Source: Actinobacteria bacterium UBA2286
Lineage (GTDB): Bacteria; Actinomycetota; Coriobacteriia; Anaerosomatales; Anaerosomataceae
Length of the DNA: 64,000 nucleotides
Assembly: GCA_002345925.1 (NCBI GenBank)
Contig: DDWM01000047.1
Span: forward strand, 23,061 to 87,060
Reading direction: 5' to 3'
The translations under genes were made by a program, and so were the position numbers. Under the pieces are notes generated by a model, which was not told the DNA's origin, ran no database searches, and was given only the letters and a program-made list of their open reading frames with translations. Of this stretch, positions 1 to 9,010 are shown in pieces; the first letter of the stretch is position 1; each line of letters begins with the position of its first letter.

Positions 1-219
1 TGCGGTGGTGATATGGGAGCCGTGGGTGAAGTTGATGCTCAGATCTTTCACCTCGGCGTAGTTCGCGTGGCAGTAAGTGCAGTTCTCTTTGTAGACTTCG
101 CCGCCTAGCTGAATCGTGATAGCCGATGAGGCTGCCGGCGCGATTGCGACGACGACCAGTACGACCAGTATCAGCAGAGCTCGCGAGACATGCTTGCCGG
201 AGCGTGCCTCTCTTCTCAC
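1..219 (-). CDS. c-type cytochrome, N-terminal part (gene runs off the window start)
   Basis: The minus-strand frame is open from GTG at 219 to position 1. It encodes a hydrophobic signal/anchor (LLILVVLVVVAIAPAA) followed by a CTYCH haem-binding motif. It lies 56 nt downstream of the multihaem gene on the same strand. Confidence 0.55.
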   Translation of the reverse strand, partial: MRREARSGKHVSRALLILVVLVVVAIAPAASSAITIQLGGEVYKENCTYCHANYAEVKDLSINFTHGSHITTA

Positions 220-275
220 CCTTTTCCCCTTACCTACTCGCTAATCGCGTTCGCTTCAGGGCGACTCTTCTTCGG

Positions 276-1184
276 CTACTTGCCGAATAGGTTCCCAATC
301 GACCCAAGAACGCGTCCGAAGAACACTAGGACCGGATTCTCTTCCCGCACCGCGCTCTTTCCATGAATCATGGCCGCGGCGTTCTTGATGAACTCATCGC
401 TCGCAGTGCCGTGCTGGTCGTGGCAAGCGCCCGTACCGCAGGTCTCGACGAGGTGAGTTTCATTGACCAGCGATGCCGGGTCGTCCGAGGGTAGAATGTC
501 GTGCCACCCATGGCAGTCCCAGCAAGCCGGTGCATCCTCGGCGCCGGCCTTGTAGGCAGCACCGTGGTAATAGTCATCGTAGCTGTCCCAGTAATCCTGG
601 TGGCAGCGACCGCAGATCTCATAGCCATTCTCATGCAGAGCGGCCTTGCCCGCAGGCGAATCGGTCAACTGCATGATGTCGTGGCTGCCATGGCAATCAC
701 CGCACAGCGGCTTCTTGGCCTCGGTCTCGGCGGCAGTGCCCGTTGCGTCAACAGCACGACGGTGCGCGCCTCGGCCAAAGGTCAGGAACTGCTTCTCGTG
801 ACAGTTCTTGCAAGCAAGCTTGGCTGTCGACTGCCACTTGGTGCCGTCGGTGTGCGGTGCCTTGTACGCAAAGTCGAGGTGACATCCAACACAAAGCGTC
901 TTCGCGTGGACAGACGAGTCGATTGCCTCGGCATCGATGTAGTAGCTGATCTCTTTGCCAGCCTTGAGACGCGTCAGGTTCTCGTCACCATGGCAGACCA
1001 TGCAGCCGGCTTTGCTCTCAGTAGGGAGCGTGAAGTCGAGTGCGTAGGGCGCAGTCGCCGAGATCGACGGCGTGGACGTGACAGACGGCATCGGAGTCGT
1101 GGCCGTCGCTCCAAGCGCGACAGTTGGCACGAGCACGAGCATCATCGCGGCAAGTCCCGCCGCTACCGACAACCGATTCTTCAC
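276..1184 (-). CDS. multihaem cytochrome c (6 CXXCH plus one CX4CH)
   Basis: The ORF track frame is 276..1262. Motifs seen are CMVCH, CVGCH, CKNCH, CGDCH, CGRCH, CWDCH and CGTGACH, with an N-terminal signal/anchor. I prefer GTG at 1184 as the start: GGAGG lies 11 nt upstream, and this start sits after the cytochrome b stop at 1207. The ATG at 1262 would overlap the upstream gene by 56 nt. Confidence 0.85.
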   Translation of the reverse strand: MKNRLSVAAGLAAMMLVLVPTVALGATATTPMPSVTSTPSISATAPYALDFTLPTESKAGCMVCHGDENLTRLKAGKEISYYIDAEAIDSSVHAKTLCVGCHLDFAYKAPHTDGTKWQSTAKLACKNCHEKQFLTFGRGAHRRAVDATGTAAETEAKKPLCGDCHGSHDIMQLTDSPAGKAALHENGYEICGRCHQDYWDSYDDYYHGAAYKAGAEDAPACWDCHGWHDILPSDDPASLVNETHLVETCGTGACHDQHGTASDEFIKNAAAMIHGKSAVREENPVLVFFGRVLGSIGNLFGK

Positions 1185-1206
1185 TACGCTCTTCACCTCC
1201 GGCCCT

Positions 1207-2064
1207 TCAGTCCGCTTCGGCTGCAGCAGGCAAGTGCGCCGGCGCATCCGCATGGTCGTCATCGTGGTCGTGGTGGTAAGCGTTTGGATCGACTTCGAGC
1301 TTCTTGATGCCGAAGAAGTCGAGCGTGCACGGCAAGTCGATGCCGGCCGCCAGATAGATATGCACGGTGGTCACGATAATGAAGAGCCAGTTGATCGAGT
1401 AGTGGAGCACTCGCACCCAGGCGCCTGCCATGGCAAGACCGCCAACGAGCGGAGCGAGCGACCAGCCGAGCAGAATCTCACGCGGACTCAGGCCGAAAAC
1501 GAACGGCTGTGTTAGAAGCGCGATTCCGGTTAGTCCTTGGGCGATCATCAGGACGCCGAAGAGGTCATACGCGAGCTTCTGCATGACGTTGTACTTCGCG
1601 ACGTGCGGTTTGACGTTGCTGAAGTAGGTGTAGTACGCGGCAACGCCCATTAGCGTGGCGAGGTCCTTCTTCCCGACTGCGAACTCTTTCCAGTCGCGCT
1701 CCTTGGAGAAGAACGCATACCAGAGGCGCCAGAGGAAGTTGAGGCCGACAATGACCATCGCCACGTAGTGCACATAGCGCATCGCGGTGCGTCCGCCATC
1801 GAAGAACGGGAACCGGATGTACATGCCGGAAATCCCCAGCAGCAGCATCATTACCAGGTGCTGGAAGTGAATGAACTTCGGAAGCGCGGGCGGCGCCCAG
1901 TCGTGCTTGGGCCACTGCTTGTCGATCCACTGCTTCTTGAATCTTCCAGTTGGAATGCTGACGCCAAGGTGAACAATGAAAAACACGCCGAAGACCAGAA
2001 TCTCAAGAATCACGAATATCACGTCAAGCCAGACGTTCACTTCAGCGAGAAGAATCGCCGCCAC
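1207..2064 (-). CDS. cytochrome b-like integral membrane subunit (hydrogenase/formate dehydrogenase/thiosulfate reductase b-type family-like) with a His/Asp-rich tail
   Basis: 285 aa with multiple TM helices carrying conserved His residues. It sits immediately upstream of the multihaem cytochrome gene. The C-terminus is YHHDHDDDHADAPAH. Confidence 0.6.
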   Translation of the reverse strand: MAAILLAEVNVWLDVIFVILEILVFGVFFIVHLGVSIPTGRFKKQWIDKQWPKHDWAPPALPKFIHFQHLVMMLLLGISGMYIRFPFFDGGRTAMRYVHYVAMVIVGLNFLWRLWYAFFSKERDWKEFAVGKKDLATLMGVAAYYTYFSNVKPHVAKYNVMQKLAYDLFGVLMIAQGLTGIALLTQPFVFGLSPREILLGWSLAPLVGGLAMAGAWVRVLHYSINWLFIIVTTVHIYLAAGIDLPCTLDFFGIKKLEVDPNAYHHDHDDDHADAPAHLPAAAEAD

Positions 2065-2292
2065 CCCCTACCCTCGTGCCGGGACCAGGCGCGCAAGCGC
2101 CCACCCTAGGCTCTAACTGACCACATCAAGTCATGCTTTGTGGGTCCGAACTCCGCCTTGCGCACAGGTGTTACCGGCACCTGCCCTGGACCATATCTGT
2201 GCCGCTACCGGACGGCGTGGTCGCTGGGGGTCGCATGACCTTGCCCTCACAATAGAGAGAGCACCAAACCATGTCAACGAATCGGAAACGTC

Positions 2293-2733
2293 TTACTCCT
2301 GCGGAGGGACGATCTCGACGAGTTCAATCTCGAATGTGAGCTCTTCGCCCGCGAGTGGGTGATTGAAGTCGACAGTGACATCCACGAGGTCTTCGCTGAT
2401 GCTGACGATCCGCGCAGCCATGCGTGAGCTGTCATCGGCGATTACGGTGATGATCGCGCCGATCTCAGGGGTGCTCTCGCCGAAGGCGTCGGCAGGAACA
2501 ACCTGGACGGCCTCGTCGTAGCGTGGACCATACGCCTCATCCGACGGGATCACGACGGTCTTCTTCTCGCCGACCTCAAGGCCGAGAACGGCGCTATCAA
2601 AACCCGGGATCACGTCGCCTTCACCAACCGTGAACAACAGAGGCTCGCGACCTTCACTTGCATCAAACACAGAACCGTCGGCAAGCGTGCCGCGGTAGTG
2701 GACTGTAACGGTATCACCGGAAACAACAGGCAT
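2293..2733 (-). CDS. slyD: FKBP-type peptidyl-prolyl cis-trans isomerase, SlyD-like
   Basis: 146 aa. It has the VTVHYRGTLADGSVFDAS...GEGDVIPGFD signature plus an inserted flap region, and ends in NHPLAGEELTFEIELVEI. Confidence 0.85.
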   Translation of the reverse strand: MPVVSGDTVTVHYRGTLADGSVFDASEGREPLLFTVGEGDVIPGFDSAVLGLEVGEKKTVVIPSDEAYGPRYDEAVQVVPADAFGESTPEIGAIITVIADDSSRMAARIVSISEDLVDVTVDFNHPLAGEELTFEIELVEIVPPQE

Positions 2734-2939
2734 GGGACCTCCTCGGTCAGATGAATCAGATGCCGTCTATGAAAGACGGCTCGGTCAACCCTAATCGGCT
2801 TGGGGCGGCACGTCAATGCGAGCAAAGACTCTCCACTTCCGTGCCGACTAAGGCATAATGCCGCCATAAGGCAGCGATTCTGCCCGCTAAATGTCCGAGA
2901 CCGGGATGCCTTCCGGTCATCGCTCCGGGGAGAACCTCG

Positions 2940-4157
2940 ATGCGCCTTGCGCTTCTGTTGGCCGCGCTGCTCATACTCGCCTCGCCGCTGCCGGCTGAGG
3001 CCTCCCACATCAAGATCATCTTGCGATACGACGACTACTCGCACGCGAGCGACACTGAAATCGAGCGAGCTCTCTTTGAGGCTGCCAGCGACCTTGAATG
3101 CGGAGTCCTGGTCGGGGTGATCCCGTTTGATGAATCCGTCGCCTACCCACCCGGCTCGCACGAGGTTCCGATTCTGGCCGCCTTTCACGAGCGCAAGGTG
3201 GCGCTGCTCAGGGAATACGCGTCGCGAGGAGTCGTGGAGATCGCGGTTCATGGTTTCGCCCACACCAACAACGCGGCCTCCGGCCCGAAGTCTGAGTTCG
3301 CCGGTCTCGGCGGCGAGTCGCAGGATCACCTGGTAACAGCCGGAATGGCGCACTTGGAGTCGACGTTTGGCTCGAAAGTCGGGTCCTTCATCCCTCCATA
3401 CAACCACTACGACGACCAGACACTGAAGTCGCTTGCGGGTAGCGGCTACACGCTCATCTCGGCTGGACCGGGCGGTCCGATACATCACGACAGCGGGTTG
3501 GCCTACTTGCCGAGAGGACCGCAGCCGAGTCGGCTTGAGGACGTCGTTGCAGCAGCGGTAGCGAGCGGTCACACCGACGCGACTTTGGTCCTCACCATCC
3601 ACGAGTACGACATCGCGAAGCCCGGGTCTGCTGACGGCACGACCGGGATGGCGATGCACGAGCTGGTGGACAGCCTTCACCGGGTGAACGGCATTGATGA
3701 AGTGCGGTTCATCTCCACCAGCGAGCTCCTTGAAAGCGAGGACCTGTCCCCTGCCAGGATGCAGGCGAACCGGAAGATCCGGGAGAGCTTCATCACCCGT
3801 CACCGGCTGCTTCCCGCGAGGCTGAATGCGTACCCCGTGGCGGATCTGTACTACTCGCAACAGAGCGCCAACCGCATCTACCTGGTCCAGCTCTCCGCGT
3901 TTGCTGTCCACTATGGCGCGCTGGTGCTTGCACTGACCTTGCTGGCGTGGGGCGTCTTGCGGGGAGTGTCCGGCTACGTCAAAGGCGCGGCGGTGCTTCT
4001 CGGCGGTGCATCGTTGACGGGAATCGTGGCGATGCTCACGAACACGCTGCCAAGCGAGTTCTTCCTGCCGCTGGCCGTGGTCGCATCTTGCTGCCTGGGA
4101 ATCACCGTCGGCGGCGCTATTGGCGGCCAAGAACCGACGGACGGCGCGGCCTACTGA
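2940..4157 (+). CDS. secreted/membrane-anchored polysaccharide-deacetylase-like (DUF2334-like) protein
   Basis: It has a signal peptide (MRLALLLAALLILASPLPAEA), then ILRYDDYS...HGFAHT...FIPPYNHYD motifs, and about three C-terminal TM helices. Confidence 0.6.
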   Translation: MRLALLLAALLILASPLPAEASHIKIILRYDDYSHASDTEIERALFEAASDLECGVLVGVIPFDESVAYPPGSHEVPILAAFHERKVALLREYASRGVVEIAVHGFAHTNNAASGPKSEFAGLGGESQDHLVTAGMAHLESTFGSKVGSFIPPYNHYDDQTLKSLAGSGYTLISAGPGGPIHHDSGLAYLPRGPQPSRLEDVVAAAVASGHTDATLVLTIHEYDIAKPGSADGTTGMAMHELVDSLHRVNGIDEVRFISTSELLESEDLSPARMQANRKIRESFITRHRLLPARLNAYPVADLYYSQQSANRIYLVQLSAFAVHYGALVLALTLLAWGVLRGVSGYVKGAAVLLGGASLTGIVAMLTNTLPSEFFLPLAVVASCCLGITVGGAIGGQEPTDGAAY

Positions 4158-4888
4158 GCCTCGGGCGACTCCTCAGCGGCCGGACGCAGGCCCGCAAGGT
4201 CCGCGATACGCCCCGCAATGGTCGGCTCGTCCCAAAGGCCGGGCTCCTCGCCGTACATGCCGAGAACAGACGCAGCCACTTGATAGCGCGCCTCCGGCCT
4301 GAGACCGGCGCGACGCTCCAGGTACTCGGCGGCAAGGGCCTCTCGGCGATTCTGCGCGCCACCTGCAAAGCGCAGCTCGAGCTCCCCTGAGTCGCGCACC
4401 ACGATCGTGCCCGCCACCATGTCGCCAAGCCTCTTGCTCTTGGCCGAGAGAAGCATCGCGACCAGACCGATCGCGTAGTAGCCGGGTAGCGAGTCGACGA
4501 TGCGCATCACGTTGCGGATGACGGAGTCGACCGCGTTGACCCTGGAGCCGTCGTCACGCACAACGCGGATGCCGAGGTAGCGCTTGCCCGGGGTGCGTCC
4601 GTTGCGGAACACCTCGCCGTAGACGTAGTACCCCCAGTAGCTGATGAACGCCACCGCGATGACGATGCCGATCAACCAGATAGGCGCCTCGTCGAGGTTA
4701 GCCGCGGAGAGCGCGAGGCTTACAAGAATGCCAACGCCGACCTCGGCTGCGATGATGAGCGAGATGAGGATGGTGTCGACGAGGAGCGCGGCTCCTCGCG
4801 AGCCTGCACCCGCGAGCTCGTATGCGAATGCGACGGACTCCGGCGTCTCAACCGCAACTAGATCCGGACGTCCTTCGTTCCCGCTCAA
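4151..4888 (-). CDS. RDD family membrane protein
   Basis: It has an RDD-domain pattern (GRTPGKRYLGIRVVRDDG) with flanking TM helices. I prefer the TTG start at 4888 because AAGGAGG lies 4 nt upstream. The ATG at 4933 (ORF track) has no SD. Confidence 0.8.
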   Translation of the reverse strand: MSGNEGRPDLVAVETPESVAFAYELAGAGSRGAALLVDTILISLIIAAEVGVGILVSLALSAANLDEAPIWLIGIVIAVAFISYWGYYVYGEVFRNGRTPGKRYLGIRVVRDDGSRVNAVDSVIRNVMRIVDSLPGYYAIGLVAMLLSAKSKRLGDMVAGTIVVRDSGELELRFAGGAQNRREALAAEYLERRAGLRPEARYQVAASVLGMYGEEPGLWDEPTIAGRIADLAGLRPAAEESPEAQ

Positions 4889-4965
4889 GTGCCCTCCTTG
4901 GTTCGCGCACGTGTCCCACCCGGGTGCTAGCATAGTCGAGGAATCTCACGGGCGGAAGGAAGCGT

Positions 4966-5949
4966 GTGGAGGAGCGGGAGTTCGTTGCCGGGTCCAAAGA
5001 TGTATGGGAGCGGCTCGCCGTCGCTGTTGCCGAGGCACGCGAACGCGGGATTCGCCGAATCAGCGCGACCGCGCTCAAGCAGATGCACGAGGACTACCGC
5101 CACGCTGCTGCCGACCTCGCTTACGCGCAGACGCACTATCGGGGCTCCGAGACGGTCGTATACCTGAACCGGTTGGTCGCTTTCGCGCATGGCGAGCTCT
5201 ACGGCCTTCCGCCGAGACGACTTGCCGCGATCTGGACGTTCCTCTCGGCAGGGTATCCGCGGTTGATGCGCAAGAACTGGAAGCCGATAGCCATCTCCAC
5301 TGCGATCTTTGTGGTCGCGTCCGCGCTTGGTTTCGCCCTGGCGTTCACCAACTACCCGCTGGCCCGCACGCTCTTGCCAGCGCAGTACCGCGACTCGATC
5401 GGCGACTCGATCCAGCGCGGCGGCAATGACGGCTCCAACGAGGAGATGGCGCAGTACGCGCCCGTGTTCTCGTCGTATATCACCGCGAACAACATCCAGG
5501 TCTCACTCATGGCGTTTGCGGGTGGCATGACCTTTGGCGCGCTCACCGCATACGCGCTCACGATGAACGGCCTAATGCTCGGAGTGCTTGCCGGGATGTT
5601 CACCAAAGGCGGCGGAGCGCTGGGGTTCTGGGCGCTCATCGTGCCGCACGGCGCGCTAGAGCTGCCGGCGATCATGCTGGCAGGCGCGGCGGGACTGGTG
5701 CTGGCGCGCGCGCTGCTCTTTCCAGGCGACCTCACACGCTCAGATGCGTTGCGCGCGAACTCCGGTGACGCGGTGCGACTCGTGCTTGGCGCCGTTCCGC
5801 TGCTCATCGTCGCGGGCATCATCGAAGCGTTCCTGACACCGCGCGGCGGAATCGACCCCGGGCTCAAGATCGCGTTTGGGGCAGCGGTGTTCTTGCTGCT
5901 AGTGGCGTACGTGGTGCTGCCGGGACGGAAGATCGCGCCTACTGCGTGA
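4966..5949 (+). CDS. stage II sporulation protein M-like (DUF95) membrane protein
   Basis: 327 aa with a soluble N-terminal helical part followed by about six TM helices. It is divergent from the RDD gene. This pairing is typical of actinobacterial MoxR/DUF58 neighbourhoods. Confidence 0.7.
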   Translation: MEEREFVAGSKDVWERLAVAVAEARERGIRRISATALKQMHEDYRHAAADLAYAQTHYRGSETVVYLNRLVAFAHGELYGLPPRRLAAIWTFLSAGYPRLMRKNWKPIAISTAIFVVASALGFALAFTNYPLARTLLPAQYRDSIGDSIQRGGNDGSNEEMAQYAPVFSSYITANNIQVSLMAFAGGMTFGALTAYALTMNGLMLGVLAGMFTKGGGALGFWALIVPHGALELPAIMLAGAAGLVLARALLFPGDLTRSDALRANSGDAVRLVLGAVPLLIVAGIIEAFLTPRGGIDPGLKIAFGAAVFLLLVAYVVLPGRKIAPTA

Positions 5950-6349
5950 TGAGCTGCACGTCCGGGTAGGCTCCGTGCGCCCGCGCGTCCGAACTCACAA
6001 GCGTTGCGCCGAGGAGCGCCGCGCACGCCGGTGCAAGCGCGTCGTAGAACGAACAGCCGAGGAGCCCACATTGCCGCGCGGCCTCGCGCACGACCTCGTC
6101 TGTGAGCGGAACGACGCTGACGCCGGCGTCCTCAAGCGTCTCCCATGCCGGGATGATGTCCTCGTGCGCGAAGTGTCGGCGCACGAACGCGAGTACCTCG
6201 TGAACGAAGTGCGTCGGCACCGCAATGGCGATTTCGCCGGCGACGGCTCGGTCCAGCAGCTCAAGCGCCGCCTCTCGGCCGAACTCAGGCTTGAACCACT
6301 TCACGCCGATGGACGCATCGAGAACCATCAACCGAGTTGCTGGACTCAT
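5939..6349 (-). CDS. vapC: PIN-domain ribonuclease toxin VapC
   Basis: 136 aa with a VLDASIGVKWF N-terminus and conserved acidic residues. Its ATGA overlaps the upstream RHH gene. Confidence 0.85.
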   Translation of the reverse strand: MSPATRLMVLDASIGVKWFKPEFGREAALELLDRAVAGEIAIAVPTHFVHEVLAFVRRHFAHEDIIPAWETLEDAGVSVVPLTDEVVREAARQCGLLGCSFYDALAPACAALLGATLVSSDARAHGAYPDVQLITQ

Positions 6350-6633
6350 CGCAAGGGGCTCCCGTCGCCCGTCTCCCGTACCTCGCGCAGGATTTCGAGC
6401 GAGGGCCGGTCGTCGTGGACGGTGCGCCCCTCGTCGAAATGCCGCATCCGCTCGATGGCGCCGAGAATGCGCACACGCCGCGCCTCGGCAGCGCGTTCGT
6501 CCGGCGTCTTCGTGAGGTACGTGGCAACCGACTCTTGCACGAGCTGGCTGCGCGATGTGCCGAGAGACTCGGCCTCGGCGTCGAGGCGCGTGAGCAGGTC
6601 ATCGGGAACCGAGATGGTGATCTTGGCGGTCAT
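6346..6633 (-). CDS. vapB: ribbon-helix-helix (CopG-like) antitoxin VapB
   Basis: 95 aa. MTAKITISVPDDLLTRLDAEAESLGTSRSQLVQESV is a classic RHH N-terminus. The gene is translationally coupled to vapC. Confidence 0.85.
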   Translation of the reverse strand: MTAKITISVPDDLLTRLDAEAESLGTSRSQLVQESVATYLTKTPDERAAEARRVRILGAIERMRHFDEGRTVHDDRPSLEILREVRETGDGSPLR

Positions 6634-6643
6634 GGCGCCTCCT

Positions 6644-6675
6644 GGTCATACCGGCGTTCATACCAAGAGTATGCC
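6644..6675 (-). promoter_or_regulatory. candidate VapB operator (TCATACC x2 plus an inverted GTATG copy)
   Basis: TCATACC occurs at 6646-6652 and 6658-6664, and an inverted copy (GTATGCC) at 6669-6675. The element is directly upstream of the vapB SD (6638-6643). Confidence 0.35.
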
Positions 6676-6710
6676 CGAGGGTGGAGCGCGTCAATCGGGA
6701 GCGCCTTCCC

Positions 6711-8054
6711 CTACAGCCTCCCGCGCGCCTTGATCTCCAGGTAGTGGTTGACCGCCGCCACCGAAAGCTGCTCGGGCTCCACGTCGAGTGCAAGCGCACC
6801 CCTGGCCGAGAGGACCCCGAGCGCCTCGGCCTTGTCGCGCAGCACGCCTTCGGCGACCGCAGAAGCGTACGCCTCGGCCTCGGTCGTTATCTCTTGGCGC
6901 GCGCGGGCCTCGATGACGCGGTTGCGCTGCGTGAGCACGAGCGGCAGGTGTCGCGGCGCAAGTCCGCCGAGCACGCCGAGCAGGCGCTTGGACGGCTCGG
7001 TGCCGAGGATGTCGGTGAACAGCACGATGAGCGAGCGCTTTGAGAGGCGCGCCGCCAGGTACGTGAGCGCGCGGGTGTAGTCAGGCTCCTCGACGCGTCC
7101 CTCGGCGGAATAGAGCGCCTCGAGGATCGCGAGGAACTGGCGGTGGCCCTTACGCGGCGGCAGGTACGTGATGACGTCCCGGCCAAAGACGAGCAGTCCG
7201 ACGAGGTCGCCCGCCTCGGTGCCGAGATACGCGAGCAGGAGCGCGGCGTTCACGGCTCGGTCGAGCTTGCTCATGCCGCCCACCATCGGCGTCATGAGGC
7301 GCCCGGTGTCGACGGCGATCATCACCGTCTGGGAGCGCTCCGCCTCGAAGCGGCGGATGACGGGCTTGCCCCGGCGGGCGGTCGCCTTCCAGTCGATCTC
7401 TCGGTAGGCGTCGCCGCTCTGATACTCGCGCAGCGACTCGAACTCGGTGCCCACGCCGGCGTAGCGCGCGGCTTTGATGCCGAGGTCGAGAAGCGCCCCG
7501 CGGCGCGCCAGGAGCGCGTAGCGGCGGACGGCGGTGATGTCGGGATAGACGCGGCAGGTCTCGGCAGTGGGGATGGTGAGCTGCCTGCCCGCAAGGCCGA
7601 GCGGACCGATAGCGCGCACGCCCACGTCGCCGAAGCGGAACTCGCCCCGACCGGGCGGCGTGAACGCCAGCGCGAACTCCTCCTCGGCGTGCGGTGCAAG
7701 GGCGAAGGGGCCGATCACGCGCTCGCCGGTGAAGCCGACGGGCGGCGTCTCACGCAGGGTGAGCGCGGCGGCGTATGCCGACGCGTTGCGGACCGTGAGC
7801 GTCACGGGGTTGGCGGCACCGATCGAGAGCTTCTCGGGCAATGTGCGCACGACCTCTATCTCACCCGGGCGCGGCGTGGCGCGGATGTCCGCGACCGTGA
7901 GCAGCGCGACCACGAGCAGCCACGCGCCAAGCGCAACCCACGCCCACGGCGCGGGCACAAGCGGCAGGAGCAGCACCGGGGCAGCCGTCACCAGCGCCGC
8001 GCGCGGCGTCACGTGCGGCAGCTTGCCGATGGCTGTTATGAGCCGTCCGCTCAT
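6711..8054 (-). CDS. DUF58 domain protein (vWA-like partner of MoxR)
   Basis: 447 aa with N-terminal TM helices and the REYQSGDAYREIDWKATARRGKPVIRRFEAE signature. Its ATGA overlaps moxR. Confidence 0.85.
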   Translation of the reverse strand: MSGRLITAIGKLPHVTPRAALVTAAPVLLLPLVPAPWAWVALGAWLLVVALLTVADIRATPRPGEIEVVRTLPEKLSIGAANPVTLTVRNASAYAAALTLRETPPVGFTGERVIGPFALAPHAEEEFALAFTPPGRGEFRFGDVGVRAIGPLGLAGRQLTIPTAETCRVYPDITAVRRYALLARRGALLDLGIKAARYAGVGTEFESLREYQSGDAYREIDWKATARRGKPVIRRFEAERSQTVMIAVDTGRLMTPMVGGMSKLDRAVNAALLLAYLGTEAGDLVGLLVFGRDVITYLPPRKGHRQFLAILEALYSAEGRVEEPDYTRALTYLAARLSKRSLIVLFTDILGTEPSKRLLGVLGGLAPRHLPLVLTQRNRVIEARARQEITTEAEAYASAVAEGVLRDKAEALGVLSARGALALDVEPEQLSVAAVNHYLEIKARGRL

Positions 8055-9010
8055 CTCGGTACCGGCACCTGCGCGAGCACGTCGGCGAGCACGGCATCCA
8101 CGCCGGTGCCTTCGATCTCGATCTCAGGGCGGAGCAGGATGCGGTGGCGCAGGCACGGCAGGCACGCGGTCTTCACGTCATCCGGCGTCACGAACGCGCG
8201 TCCAGCCAGAAGCGCGCGGCCCTTGGAGGCGACGAGCACGCTCACGGCAGCGCGCGGGCTTGCGCCCAGGAAGACCGCCGGATGCTCGCGCGTGGCACGA
8301 ACGATCGCCGAGACGTACCCGACGACGCCCTCGTCCACGACGACGCGGTCAAGCTCGGCGCGAGCCGCAAGGATGTCTGCCGCCGAGGCGACCTTGCGTA
8401 CACCGAGATCGTCGAGGGAGGTCATCTCCATGCCGCCGACGTGGCGCGCGAGGATCTGCAGTTCCTCCTCGGCGGTGGGGTAATTCACGAGCACCTTCTG
8501 GCCGAAGCGGTCGAGCTGCGCCTCGGGAAGCGGGTACGTGCCCTCGTACTCAACGGGGTTCTGCGTCGCGACGACCAGAAACGGCTTAGGCAGCTCATGG
8601 CCCACGCCGTCAATCGTAACCTGGCCCTCCTGCATCGCCTCGAGGAGCGCGGACTGCGTCTTCGGGGGCGTGCGGTTGATCTCGTCTGCCAGCACGATGT
8701 TGGCGAAGACCGGCCCGGGGCGCAGGAAGAACTGCTGGCGCTCCAGGTCGAAGATGTTGGTACCGACGACGTCTGCCGGCATGAGGTCGGGTGAGAACTG
8801 GATGCGCTTGAACGACATGTCGAGCGTGTGTGCGAGCGCGCGGGCTAAGAGCGTCTTCGCGGTGCCCGGCACGCCTTCGAGCAGCACGTGGCCGCCCGTG
8901 ATGAGGCCGACCAGCAGCGCATCGACCGTCTCGGCCTGCCCCACGACCGCCTTTGCGACCTCGGCGCGCACATCCGCCGCGAGCTTTTGGACCCTGTCGG
9001 TGTCAGCCAT
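8051..9010 (-). CDS. moxR: MoxR-family AAA+ ATPase
   Basis: Walker A motif is LLEGVPGTAKT, and MoxR-type motifs run throughout. The start at the ATG at 9010 (MADTDRVQKL) overlaps the upstream stop by 8 nt. The longer ORF-track N-terminus is Arg/Ser-rich and implausible. Confidence 0.9.
   Translation of the reverse strand: MADTDRVQKLAADVRAEVAKAVVGQAETVDALLVGLITGGHVLLEGVPGTAKTLLARALAHTLDMSFKRIQFSPDLMPADVVGTNIFDLERQQFFLRPGPVFANIVLADEINRTPPKTQSALLEAMQEGQVTIDGVGHELPKPFLVVATQNPVEYEGTYPLPEAQLDRFGQKVLVNYPTAEEELQILARHVGGMEMTSLDDLGVRKVASAADILAARAELDRVVVDEGVVGYVSAIVRATREHPAVFLGASPRAAVSVLVASKGRALLAGRAFVTPDDVKTACLPCLRHRILLRPEIEIEGTGVDAVLADVLAQVPVPR

Noticed and set aside
2610-4130. 506-aa minus-strand ORF, the longest ORF in this region
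   Set aside because: It is antisense to the well-supported DUF2334-like gene. Its Arg/Gly/Val-rich composition shows no motifs and is typical of shadow ORFs in high-GC DNA. It would also overlap the slyD gene.
7143-8589. Long plus-strand ORFs (446 and 340 aa) opposite the DUF58 and moxR genes
   Set aside because: These are Arg/Ala/Ser-rich shadow frames of clearly recognisable minus-strand genes. They have no SD or domain signatures.
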